Origin: Candidatus Moraniibacteriota bacterium
Lineage (GTDB): Bacteria > Patescibacteriota > Minisyncoccia > Moranbacterales > UBA2206
NCBI GenBank assembly: GCA_023261605.1
Contig: JAHFOP010000001.1
Location: forward strand, 1-32,126
Direction of reading: 5' to 3'
DNA length: 32,126 bases
The notes below the pieces were generated by a model that worked only from the letters and a program-made list of their open reading frames with translations, was not told the origin of the DNA and ran no database searches. The position numbers and the translations under genes were made by a program. Below, one piece after another: positions 7,546-14,260 of this stretch; position 1 is the stretch's first letter; each line of letters begins with the position of its first letter.

Positions 7546-7569
7546 TAATTTATAAAAATAAGCTACAAT
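7541..7569 (+). promoter_or_regulatory. sigma70-type promoter of the tandem Lrp/AsnC-like regulator
   Basis: TTGACT-N17-TACAAT. The -10 hexamer ends 27 nt before the ATG at 7597. Confidence 0.6.
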
Positions 7570-7596
7570 CAGACTATAAAGCACTAAAATTATAAA

Positions 7597-8592
7597 ATGT
7601 TGCAGGAATTAGATAAAAAAATCCTCTATAGTCTGGATGAGGATTCATCGAAATCTTTGACTAAGATAGGCCAAGAATTGGGAATTACGCCCCAGCTCGT
7701 GAAATATCATCTGGAAAAACTAGAAAAAGAAGGGGTTATTTTGGCTTATTGGCCAATGATTGAATTTAGAAAATTGGGGTATTTTAACGTGTCCTACTTC
7801 CTAAAATTAAAAAATCTTTCTGGCGAAGCTGAGAAAAGCATGTATCAATATTTGAAAAACAAAAATGATTTTAATATTGTGATGCGCGGAGACGGCTATT
7901 GGGATTTGCACGTTACAATTTCGACTAAAAGCATTTTTCGTTCAGTCGAAATTTTCAATGGGTTCTATGATAAATTTCATCACTACATTTCTACCTATGA
8001 CACAGCTATTTCTGTCGGATTCTATCAATTCAGAAGGGAATATTTGAATGAAAAAAAGACTGTTAAAAAGGTGTCTAAAAATGCCATGGCATATACGGGG
8101 GCAGACGTTCCGGAAATTGCACTAAAAAAGAAGGATCTGGAAATCATTGAAGAAATCAATAGGAATTCTAGACAAGGTTTTTCCGATATTGCGAGTAAGC
8201 TGAAGATATCAAGAGACAGTGTGATATATGGCATGGAAAAAATTCAAAAAGATGGAATCGTGCAAAGCCATGCCTTGCTACTGGATCATGAAAAAATCGG
8301 CTTTCCACGCTTTCGTATTTTGATTCAAATGACCAATCTAACTAGTGAAAAGTTTCAGGAGTTTTTTGATTTTTGCCAAGATCATCCTAACATCATTCAT
8401 CTGCTACGACTGTTTGGAAACTGGCAAGCGTTGATTGATGTGGAAATCGAAAATCGAGAAAAACTAAGGAAAATTCTAGGTCAAATCACTAATAAATTTG
8501 ATGGGCTGATTTTACGCTTAGAAAATACTCAGGTGTATAAGATTGATAAGTTTAGAGATATTCCGCTTAAAATAATAAAGACTGATAATTGA
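7597..8592 (+). CDS. transcriptional regulator made of two tandem Lrp/AsnC-like modules (wHTH + effector-like domain, duplicated)
   Basis: Module 1: LDKKILYSLDEDSSKSLTKIGQELGITPQLVKYHLEKLEKEGVI. Module 2: LKKKDLEIIEEINRNSRQGFSDIASKLKISRDSVIYGMEKIQKDGIV. Each is followed by a beta-alpha-rich segment of about 80 aa. Confidence 0.75.
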   Translation: MLQELDKKILYSLDEDSSKSLTKIGQELGITPQLVKYHLEKLEKEGVILAYWPMIEFRKLGYFNVSYFLKLKNLSGEAEKSMYQYLKNKNDFNIVMRGDGYWDLHVTISTKSIFRSVEIFNGFYDKFHHYISTYDTAISVGFYQFRREYLNEKKTVKKVSKNAMAYTGADVPEIALKKKDLEIIEEINRNSRQGFSDIASKLKISRDSVIYGMEKIQKDGIVQSHALLLDHEKIGFPRFRILIQMTNLTSEKFQEFFDFCQDHPNIIHLLRLFGNWQALIDVEIENREKLRKILGQITNKFDGLILRLENTQVYKIDKFRDIPLKIIKTDN

Positions 8593-8723
8593 GTTCTCTA
8601 AGCCTAGCTAGAGTCACATGCGCCAATGAACTCAGAACAGCAGAAGCGGCCTTATACCATTAGTCTTGTTTTTTGTTATTTTTGAAGACCAGTAATAGCA
8701 AATCAAACCGGAGTGATTTTTGC

Positions 8724-8752
8724 TTTACAAGCAGATGTATTTTTGATATATT
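8724..8752 (+). promoter_or_regulatory. sigma70-type promoter of the 140-codon orphan unit
   Basis: TTTACA-N17-TATATT. Confidence 0.5.
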
Positions 8753-8806
8753 GTCATCAGTTTCGAGGCCAAGCAGTACAATAACCCTATAAAAGGAGGA
8801 TGTTCA

Positions 8807-9229
8807 GTGGATAAATCAATTGTATCACTGAGGAAAAAGTGGACAAAGAAGGCTCAAATATTGTTACCAGGTCACGATCTGCAATGGAGATATGGCCAGC
8901 TGCGTGATTTTGGACAAGCAGGGGGAGGCCATTCGGTAAAAGATGTGCCGGGTGTCCCTGTGATAATGAGGAATGGCGGGAAAACGCGGACTGCTGACAC
9001 GCTTTTCCCAAAGCCAGTCTATAACAAACCATCATTGAGGCAAAGCGTGGCGACTTTCATTCCCATAACTCAGGTTAAGGAATTGTCTCCTGCAGAACTG
9101 AAATTTCTTCAGAGCTGCGAAATAACCATGGGTTATTTCGACTCCCATGTGGGAAACTTTGTTGTTAAAAAGAAAGACCAACAATTTCGTGGGCAGGGTA
9201 CCAGTGCTTGTGAATGGGAGATGATATAA
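8807..9229 (+). CDS. orphan basic soluble protein (140 aa, GTG start); coding status not fully certain
   Basis: AGGAGG (8794-8799) lies 7 nt upstream of the GTG. The unit has its own promoter and a strong terminator. No motif recognised. The composition (Gly/Arg/Gln/Pro-rich, higher GC) is atypical for the window. Confidence 0.55.
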   Translation: MDKSIVSLRKKWTKKAQILLPGHDLQWRYGQLRDFGQAGGGHSVKDVPGVPVIMRNGGKTRTADTLFPKPVYNKPSLRQSVATFIPITQVKELSPAELKFLQSCEITMGYFDSHVGNFVVKKKDQQFRGQGTSACEWEMI

Positions 9230-9256
9230 ACAAAGGCTTGAATCGTAGTTGTAAAG

Positions 9257-9298
9257 AGCGGCTCGTGTCCAATTGGACATGGCCGCTTTATTTTTTTT
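9257..9298 (+). terminator. strong intrinsic terminator
   Basis: Outer stem AGCGGC/GCCGCT encloses the palindrome TGTCCAATTGGACA, followed by TTTATTTTTTTT. Confidence 0.8.
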
Positions 9299-9370
9299 CA
9301 AGGGAATATTGTGATACAATAGTAATTACAATAAATATTGTTAGAGTAAATCAATTTAGGATAATAATTT

Positions 9371-9835
9371 ATGGCAGTAGAATTTAAATCAAGGTTCAAA
9401 AGAACTTTTGATCTTAAAAAACAAAACAAACAAAGAATGTTTATCGTTCTGATTTTTTTTCTGGTTTCTTTTTTTGCCGTTCATTTTTATTCACTGCATT
9501 TCAGCCGATATGTTTATGTCAAAGGTTATCACATCCATCATTTCTATTTTGGCACGGCCGCGCTGTTTTTGGGTGGGATCTTGGCCATTTTGGACAACAG
9601 CCAACGCCGGATGAAGATTGCGGCCGCGCTCATTGGGATTGGGGCGGGACTTTTTGTGGATGAAATTGGATTGCTTTTGACTTGTACGTCTTTTGATAAG
9701 ACTTGCGCTTATATTTTTCCAGACACACCTGACATTGTTATGATAGTGGCCATCATCATAATCTTTTTTATTGCTCTGGCTGATTCTGATCTTATTGCTT
9801 TGAAAAACAGAATATTCTTCAAAAAAAAGAGGTAG
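9371..9835 (+). CDS. small integral membrane protein (about 4 TM segments, His-rich loop YHIHHFYFG)
   Basis: Hydrophobic segments FIVLIFFLVSFFAVHF, ALFLGGILAIL, IAAALIGIGAGLFV and IVMIVAIIIIFFIAL. An extended -10 (TGaTACAAT) lies at 9312-9320. Confidence 0.65.
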   Translation: MAVEFKSRFKRTFDLKKQNKQRMFIVLIFFLVSFFAVHFYSLHFSRYVYVKGYHIHHFYFGTAALFLGGILAILDNSQRRMKIAAALIGIGAGLFVDEIGLLLTCTSFDKTCAYIFPDTPDIVMIVAIIIIFFIALADSDLIALKNRIFFKKKR

Positions 9836-9920
9836 CTTTTTGTAGAAGAATTTTTATGTGCTTCGATTGTGTTATATAAAGAGACATTTGAGTGCTCTGT
9901 TTATTTTTTTGTAGGAAAAG

Positions 9921-11093
9921 ATGTTTTTTGTTGCCAAAAATAGAATTATTTTTTTTATACTGATACTTCTTTGTTTGGGAGGATTTATTTTTCTAGTGTA
10001 TCGAGCATATCATGCGCATCAAAAGCCGGTGATCAAAGAAGCTGTGCCTAGTGGTCCGAGCCGAGTGGACAATGAGGATGTTTTTTTCGCCCCGCCCTAT
10101 CATTACAATCCGCCACCACTTTCGATGAAAACGATGAAGTTGAAAGGGTGCGTGGCAGATGGACTTTTGAGTGGTTATGGAGAGGATACGGATGCGGAAG
10201 TGGCTATGATTAATCGGAGTGAATGCCTGTATCTTCATCGTGCTTTGGAAACCTGGGCCTCGCCGCCGGATTTCGCCCAAGCCTTGGATGTGATGCAAAA
10301 AATCACTAAGCCAAATGTCATGTACGGGATGTTTTTGGCGGAGGATATTCGGCGAGATGTTAAATATTTTTATCCGGATGAAAACCGTTATTTTGATTTT
10401 TCAGATATGTGCAGAGACGGATCGCAAAATGCTTGGGGGGAGCATACTTGCAAGCCGAATATTGGCAGTAAAGAATATCGCAAGTATTTGAGCTTTGTAA
10501 CTCATAAGGCCATGGACATTGGCATTCAGAGTTTTCTTTTTGGACAAATCTATTTTCAAGATAATCCTGACCTGGGACAATCGAAGGTGCAAGAAGTGTT
10601 GGATGATATGCGCAGTTATGCCAAGAGAAAAGGCATCCAAATTGCGATTGGAGCGCAAACTGGAAACAATACCAATGAAAACTATCTGAGGAAATTTGAT
10701 TATATCGAGGGCGGAGTGGGAATTGGGGACAATGGCGTCATTGAGAATGGAGCCTGCTGGAGTCAACTTTCAAGCTGTTGGGCGCTTCTTTGGAATGATC
10801 AATATGCTTTGCGCGCTAACAATGTGATTGTGGCACTGGATTGGAGCGGCCTCAAATTTGATGATATGAGTTCTTTCGCTCGGATGGACGCGGCCAAACG
10901 GAAAGCTACTTTGAACCAGTTGTACAACTACTTTACGGCTAAGCGCGTGGGTTTTCTTATGCCACTTATGGCTACGCTTAATGTTGACAATGGCGGGTGC
11001 CATGGGCCTAAAAAACGCTTTTACAGCGCTAGTAATGATTATAACTGTCGGGACGAGAATGTCATAAATAATCTTTTGAAAAACGGCAAGTAA
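9921..11093 (+). CDS. N-terminally membrane-anchored, Cys-rich extracytoplasmic protein (390 aa), possibly a TIM-barrel glycan-hydrolase-like fold
   Basis: A single N-terminal TM segment (IIFFILILLCLGGFIFLVY) is followed by a hydrophilic domain containing about 10 Cys. An alternating beta/alpha-like pattern (e.g. MDIGIQSFLFGQIYFQD, IQIAIGAQ, VIVALDWSG) is the only basis for the fold guess. Confidence 0.6.
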   Translation: MFFVAKNRIIFFILILLCLGGFIFLVYRAYHAHQKPVIKEAVPSGPSRVDNEDVFFAPPYHYNPPPLSMKTMKLKGCVADGLLSGYGEDTDAEVAMINRSECLYLHRALETWASPPDFAQALDVMQKITKPNVMYGMFLAEDIRRDVKYFYPDENRYFDFSDMCRDGSQNAWGEHTCKPNIGSKEYRKYLSFVTHKAMDIGIQSFLFGQIYFQDNPDLGQSKVQEVLDDMRSYAKRKGIQIAIGAQTGNNTNENYLRKFDYIEGGVGIGDNGVIENGACWSQLSSCWALLWNDQYALRANNVIVALDWSGLKFDDMSSFARMDAAKRKATLNQLYNYFTAKRVGFLMPLMATLNVDNGGCHGPKKRFYSASNDYNCRDENVINNLLKNGK

Positions 11094-11118
11094 AAAGATG
11101 GGAAAATTAGAGTAAAAA

Positions 11119-11155
11119 GGAAAAAGCCAATTTTATGGCTTTTTCCTTTTATTTT
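11119..11155 (+). terminator. intrinsic terminator
   Basis: 11-bp stem GGAAAAAGCCA/TGGCTTTTTCC, then TTTTATTTT. Confidence 0.7.
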
Positions 11156-11218
11156 GGCTAATAAGATGAGGGGCGTGGTATTATAATGGCTTAAGTAAGG
11201 TAATTTACTGAAAAACGT

Positions 11219-11247
11219 TTGACTTTCTGGATGTAATTTGCTATAAT
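11219..11247 (+). promoter_or_regulatory. near-consensus sigma70 promoter (TTGACT-N17-TATAAT)
   Basis: Read directly. It lies 98 nt upstream of the 3D-domain gene start. Confidence 0.7.
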
Positions 11248-11251
11248 CATG

Positions 11252-11290
11252 GGTCAATTAAATAAGAGTGAGGAAGAGATTTAATTGACC
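11252..11290 (+). promoter_or_regulatory. 5' leader hairpin (perfect 12-bp stem, purine-rich 15-nt loop)
   Basis: GGTCAATTAAAT (11252-11263) pairs with ATTTAATTGACC (11279-11290). The loop is AAGAGTGAGGAAGAG. Downstream, GTCTT/AAGAC and GTCT/AGAC are alternative pairings. Confidence 0.5.
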
Positions 11291-11345
11291 GTCTTACTTG
11301 GAAACCTAGACAAGACAAGATGTTTAACAATTAAAAGAATGTTTA

Positions 11346-11921
11346 ATGCGTATCATTAGCGCTTCTCTGGCTATCGTATTTGTAACGCTTTTAGCTCTAC
11401 CGAGCTTGGCGTCAGCGGATGAGTCGAGCGGGTCTAATGAAACAAAAATAAATTTTAAAATTCAAGAAAGCGGGTTTAAAAACAGTAAAGTAGCCTTAGT
11501 AGTTAGTGAAAATGCGCTACTGACTTATGACCCGAATAACTTTAAAAGCACAATAGCGGTGTCAGAGGAAGATGTGAAAAGAGATGCGATATTGTCACGT
11601 TTCAAATCAGACGAACGGGCAAAAAATCTTCCAAACGGAAAATTCACAATCAATGCTTCGGCCTATACGGCGGCGGCGGATGAATGTGGAAAATCCGATG
11701 GCGTGACTGCTTCCGGTGTTAGAGTTAGAGAAAATGAAACCTTGGCATGTCCCGCTCAATTCCCGTTTGGAACAAAAATCCAGATTGAAGGAATGGGCAC
11801 TTATGTCTGTGAAGATCGTGGGGGAGCGATCAAGGTGAATCATATAGATATCTATATGAAAACTAAAACCCAAGCTTTCAGCTTCGGCCGACAAAATTTA
11901 GTAGCTGAAGTGGTGAGTTAA
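11346..11921 (+). CDS. secreted 3D-domain protein (MltA/RlpA-like double-psi beta-barrel; putative peptidoglycan lytic enzyme)
   Basis: Signal peptide MRIISASLAIVFVTLLALPSLASA. The C-terminus reads ASAYTAAADECGKSDGVTASGVRV...ACPAQFPFGTKIQIEGMGTYVCEDRGGAIKVNHIDIYM, which is typical of 3D domains. Confidence 0.8.
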   Translation: MRIISASLAIVFVTLLALPSLASADESSGSNETKINFKIQESGFKNSKVALVVSENALLTYDPNNFKSTIAVSEEDVKRDAILSRFKSDERAKNLPNGKFTINASAYTAAADECGKSDGVTASGVRVRENETLACPAQFPFGTKIQIEGMGTYVCEDRGGAIKVNHIDIYMKTKTQAFSFGRQNLVAEVVS

Positions 11922-11938
11922 AATAGAAATAACAAAAA

Positions 11939-11970
11939 ATCCTTCCCGAAAACGGGAAGGATTTTTGTTT
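11939..11970 (+). terminator. intrinsic terminator
   Basis: Stem ATCCTTCCCG-AAAA-CGGGAAGGAT followed by TTTTGTTT. Confidence 0.8.
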
Positions 11971-12022
11971 GACCGGATAATTGACTATAGCGAGTGGTTT
12001 TGGTAAGATTAGTTATAGTTTT

Positions 12023-12093
12023 GGTCCGATGGCCGAGTGGTTAGGCAAGGGTCTGCAAAACCCTGTACGGCAGTTCAAATCTGCCTCGGACCT
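12023..12093 (+). tRNA. tRNA-Cys(GCA), no encoded CCA
   Basis: Acceptor GGTCCGA/TCGGACC, anticodon stem AGGGT/ACCCT, loop CTGCAAA, T arm GGCAG-TTCAAAT-CTGCC, discriminator U. Confidence 0.9.
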
Positions 12094-12105
12094 CAAGATG
12101 ATTTT

Positions 12106-12188
12106 GCCCGGGTGGTGGAATGGTAGACACAAAGGACTTAAAATCCTTCGACCGCAAGGTCATGCGAGTTCGAGTCTCGCCCCGGGTA
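12106..12188 (+). tRNA. tRNA-Leu(UAA), class II, intronless, no encoded CCA
   Basis: Acceptor GCCCGGG/CCCGGGT (G1.U72), anticodon stem AAGGA/TCCTT, loop CTTAAAA, T arm GCGAG-TTCGAGT-CTCGC. Confidence 0.88.
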
Positions 12189-12260
12189 CAACTTAGTAGC
12201 GAGTATTCCGTGTTTTACATAAAATATAAGACTAAAAATAAAATCGCCGTGATGGAGATT

Positions 12261-12845
12261 TTATTTTTCCTCTTTTATTTTCTCTAAAATTTTGGGTATA
12301 CGCTTGAAATCTTTAAGAAGTGTTTCGCGCATGCCGCCATTGTAGAGAGCGGCGGCGGGGTGATACAAAGTATAAAAAACTTGCAGTCCAAGGCCTTCGA
12401 TTTCATGGCGCATGGCGTGGCCGTGCATCTCTGAAATTTTTTGACCTGGCAAGAATCTTTCCATAGAATGGCGGCCGAGTGTGACAATTAATTTTGGCTC
12501 AATGATTTGAATTTGTTGCAGAAGCCATGGCCAACAAAGTTTCACTTCTTCGGGACTCGGATCACGGTTGCTTGGTGGGCGGCATTTACACACATTGGCG
12601 ATGTAGATATCTTCGCGTTTAAGTTTAATGGCGCCGAGCATTTCGTCCAGGAATTTTCCGGCCGCGCCGACAAAAGGCAGGCCTGTTTCATCTTCTTTTT
12701 TGCCTGGGGCTTCGCCGATGAACATGATTTTCGCGTTCGTGTCTCCTGCCCCCGGCACGACGCGCGTGCACCCGGGGCGCAGAGCGCATAGAGAGCAGGC
12801 GGACATTTTGGTGTTCAGTTGATTGAGCTGGGATTGTTTGGACAT
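12261..12845 (-). CDS. uracil-DNA glycosylase, family 4 (Fe-S type)
   Basis: CSLCALRPGCTRVVPGAGDTNAKIMFIGEAPGKKEDETGLPFVGAAGKFLDEML and HPAAALYN are family-4 UDG signatures. Confidence 0.88.
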   Translation of the reverse strand: MSKQSQLNQLNTKMSACSLCALRPGCTRVVPGAGDTNAKIMFIGEAPGKKEDETGLPFVGAAGKFLDEMLGAIKLKREDIYIANVCKCRPPSNRDPSPEEVKLCWPWLLQQIQIIEPKLIVTLGRHSMERFLPGQKISEMHGHAMRHEIEGLGLQVFYTLYHPAAALYNGGMRETLLKDFKRIPKILEKIKEEK

Positions 12846-12848
12846 AGT

Positions 12849-13370
12849 TTATTTAAGTTCATGGATTCTTATCAAATCAAATTTCCCTGTTTCTGTTTCC
12901 CAGATCGCAAAAGTCGGCGGATAAATTTCGCCGGCGGTGGTGCCTGGGTTGAGGAGGGTATATTTTTTTGAATTTTCATCTGACAGGCCTTCGGCAATCC
13001 AGGGTTTGTGGGTGTGGCCGTAGAAGACGAAATCATATTTGCCGGTGCGTGCGAGACTCTTGGCTTTGTCCGGATAGTGCACGAAAGCCACATTATTTTT
13101 TTCAATGATCGCTTCGCCAAAATTTTTGAACAAGTATGTATTGCGATATTTTTTTTCTTCAGCCAAATCTCGCAGATCGTCATATTCGGCGTTGCCAAAA
13201 GTAAAAAGTATGTTGCCGGCAAAATTGTCATTCATGAAGTCCAAAGTTTCCAATGATGCCAAATCGCCACAACAAATCATCGTCTGAATTTCTTTTTCTT
13301 TGCAATAATTCAAAACTTTTTGTAGGTTGACTTCATTATTGTGGATGTCGGAGGTGATGGCGACGAGCAT
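12849..13370 (-). CDS. metallophosphoesterase, YfcE/MJ0936-like
   Basis: Motifs ITSDIHNN, CCGDL, GNAEYD, FVHYPD and FYGHTHKP. There is a 3-nt gap to udg4 and a 4-nt gap to nfo. Confidence 0.8.
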   Translation of the reverse strand: MLVAITSDIHNNEVNLQKVLNYCKEKEIQTMICCGDLASLETLDFMNDNFAGNILFTFGNAEYDDLRDLAEEKKYRNTYLFKNFGEAIIEKNNVAFVHYPDKAKSLARTGKYDFVFYGHTHKPWIAEGLSDENSKKYTLLNPGTTAGEIYPPTFAIWETETGKFDLIRIHELK

Positions 13371-13374
13371 AGGA

Positions 13375-14196
13375 TTATTTTCTAAATTTTTTCAAAAGTT
13401 TAATATCTTCTACGACCTTGTCATGTTCAGTTTCCAAAATCATGTCGATATTATTTTTTTCCGCGAAGGCGACGATGTTTTGAAAAGCTGTGGTGCCGAT
13501 CAATCCTTCTCCGATGTGGGCGTGGCGGTCTTTTTTGGAACCGCATTCGGTCAGAGAGTCGTTGGCGTGGATGAGTTTAATCTTATCCAGTCCTATTTCA
13601 GAGTCAATTTTTTCCAATGTTGTTGCAAAGTCGCGCCAATCGTATCCTGAAGCGAAAGAATGTTGGGTGTCCATGCAAATACCATTGAGTTTTGGGTGAT
13701 TGACTAATTTTATAATCTCGGAGATTTGTGTGAATGTTGAGCCGATAATATGTCCAGATCCAGCGGCATTTTCGATGAGGAGTTCGGTCGTGCCATTATA
13801 ACCGTCTAAAGTTTTTTTGAGCATCGCGGCAGTTTTTTCTGTGGCTTCTTTTTCGTTCAACTCGCCGGCACTGCCCAGATGAGTCATGACGAATTTGGCG
13901 CACAAAAGGCTGGCGCGCTCAAGCTCGTCGCGCACCACGGAAACTGAGCCATAGCGGATACGATTATTGGCGGACGCAAAGTTTATATAATACGGCGTGT
14001 GAACGACAAAATTTTCCAGTTTGCTTTTTTTCATCTCAGCCGAAAATTTTTCCAAAACTTCCGGCGTTAGTTCCGGGGATGCCCCACCTTGTGGGGAGCG
14101 GGTAAAGATTTGAAAACATTCCGCGCCTAAGTTGGCTGCACGTTGTGGAGCGTTAAAGATGCCTTGGGCGATGGAGACGTGAGCGCCGATTTTCAT
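13375..14196 (-). CDS. nfo: deoxyribonuclease IV (endonuclease IV, AP endonuclease family 2)
   Basis: MKIGAHVSIAQG...CFQIFTRSPQGG...VVHTPYYINFAS...LIENAAGSG...CMDTQHSFASGYD...IHANDS...DRHAHIGEG. Confidence 0.92.
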   Translation of the reverse strand: MKIGAHVSIAQGIFNAPQRAANLGAECFQIFTRSPQGGASPELTPEVLEKFSAEMKKSKLENFVVHTPYYINFASANNRIRYGSVSVVRDELERASLLCAKFVMTHLGSAGELNEKEATEKTAAMLKKTLDGYNGTTELLIENAAGSGHIIGSTFTQISEIIKLVNHPKLNGICMDTQHSFASGYDWRDFATTLEKIDSEIGLDKIKLIHANDSLTECGSKKDRHAHIGEGLIGTTAFQNIVAFAEKNNIDMILETEHDKVVEDIKLLKKFRK

Positions 14197-14260
14197 AAAA
14201 AATGTATGAAATATTATGTGTGAAGTATATCAGATACTTAATACATTATACATCATACTT

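Noticed and set aside
8787-9319. A known housekeeping ncRNA (SRP RNA, RNase P RNA, tmRNA, 6S), suggested by higher GC, ORFs on both strands and an ACCAGGTCA string resembling SRP RNA.
   Set aside because: No GGAAGCAGCC SRP domain-IV motif, no GGAAAGUCC-type RNase P P4 motif, and no tRNA-like 3' end or tag ORF for tmRNA. The minus-strand ORFs (8787-9035, 9032-9319) are ordinary antisense shadow frames of the plus ORF.
11252-11345. ydaO-type c-di-AMP riboswitch ahead of the 3D-domain gene.
   Set aside because: The leader is too short, and it lacks the conserved GGGGA/CCCA/ACGGGG-type cores as I remember them. It is kept only as an unclassified structured leader.
6654-12022. Integrated prophage or integrative element at a tRNA.
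   Set aside because: No integrase, recombinase, phage structural gene or att-like direct repeat of a tRNA 3' end is detectable by eye. It is reported only as a compositionally and functionally distinct island.
11981-12196. 71-aa plus-strand ORF with a TTG start.
   Set aside because: It is entirely explained by the tRNA-Cys and tRNA-Leu(UAA) genes.
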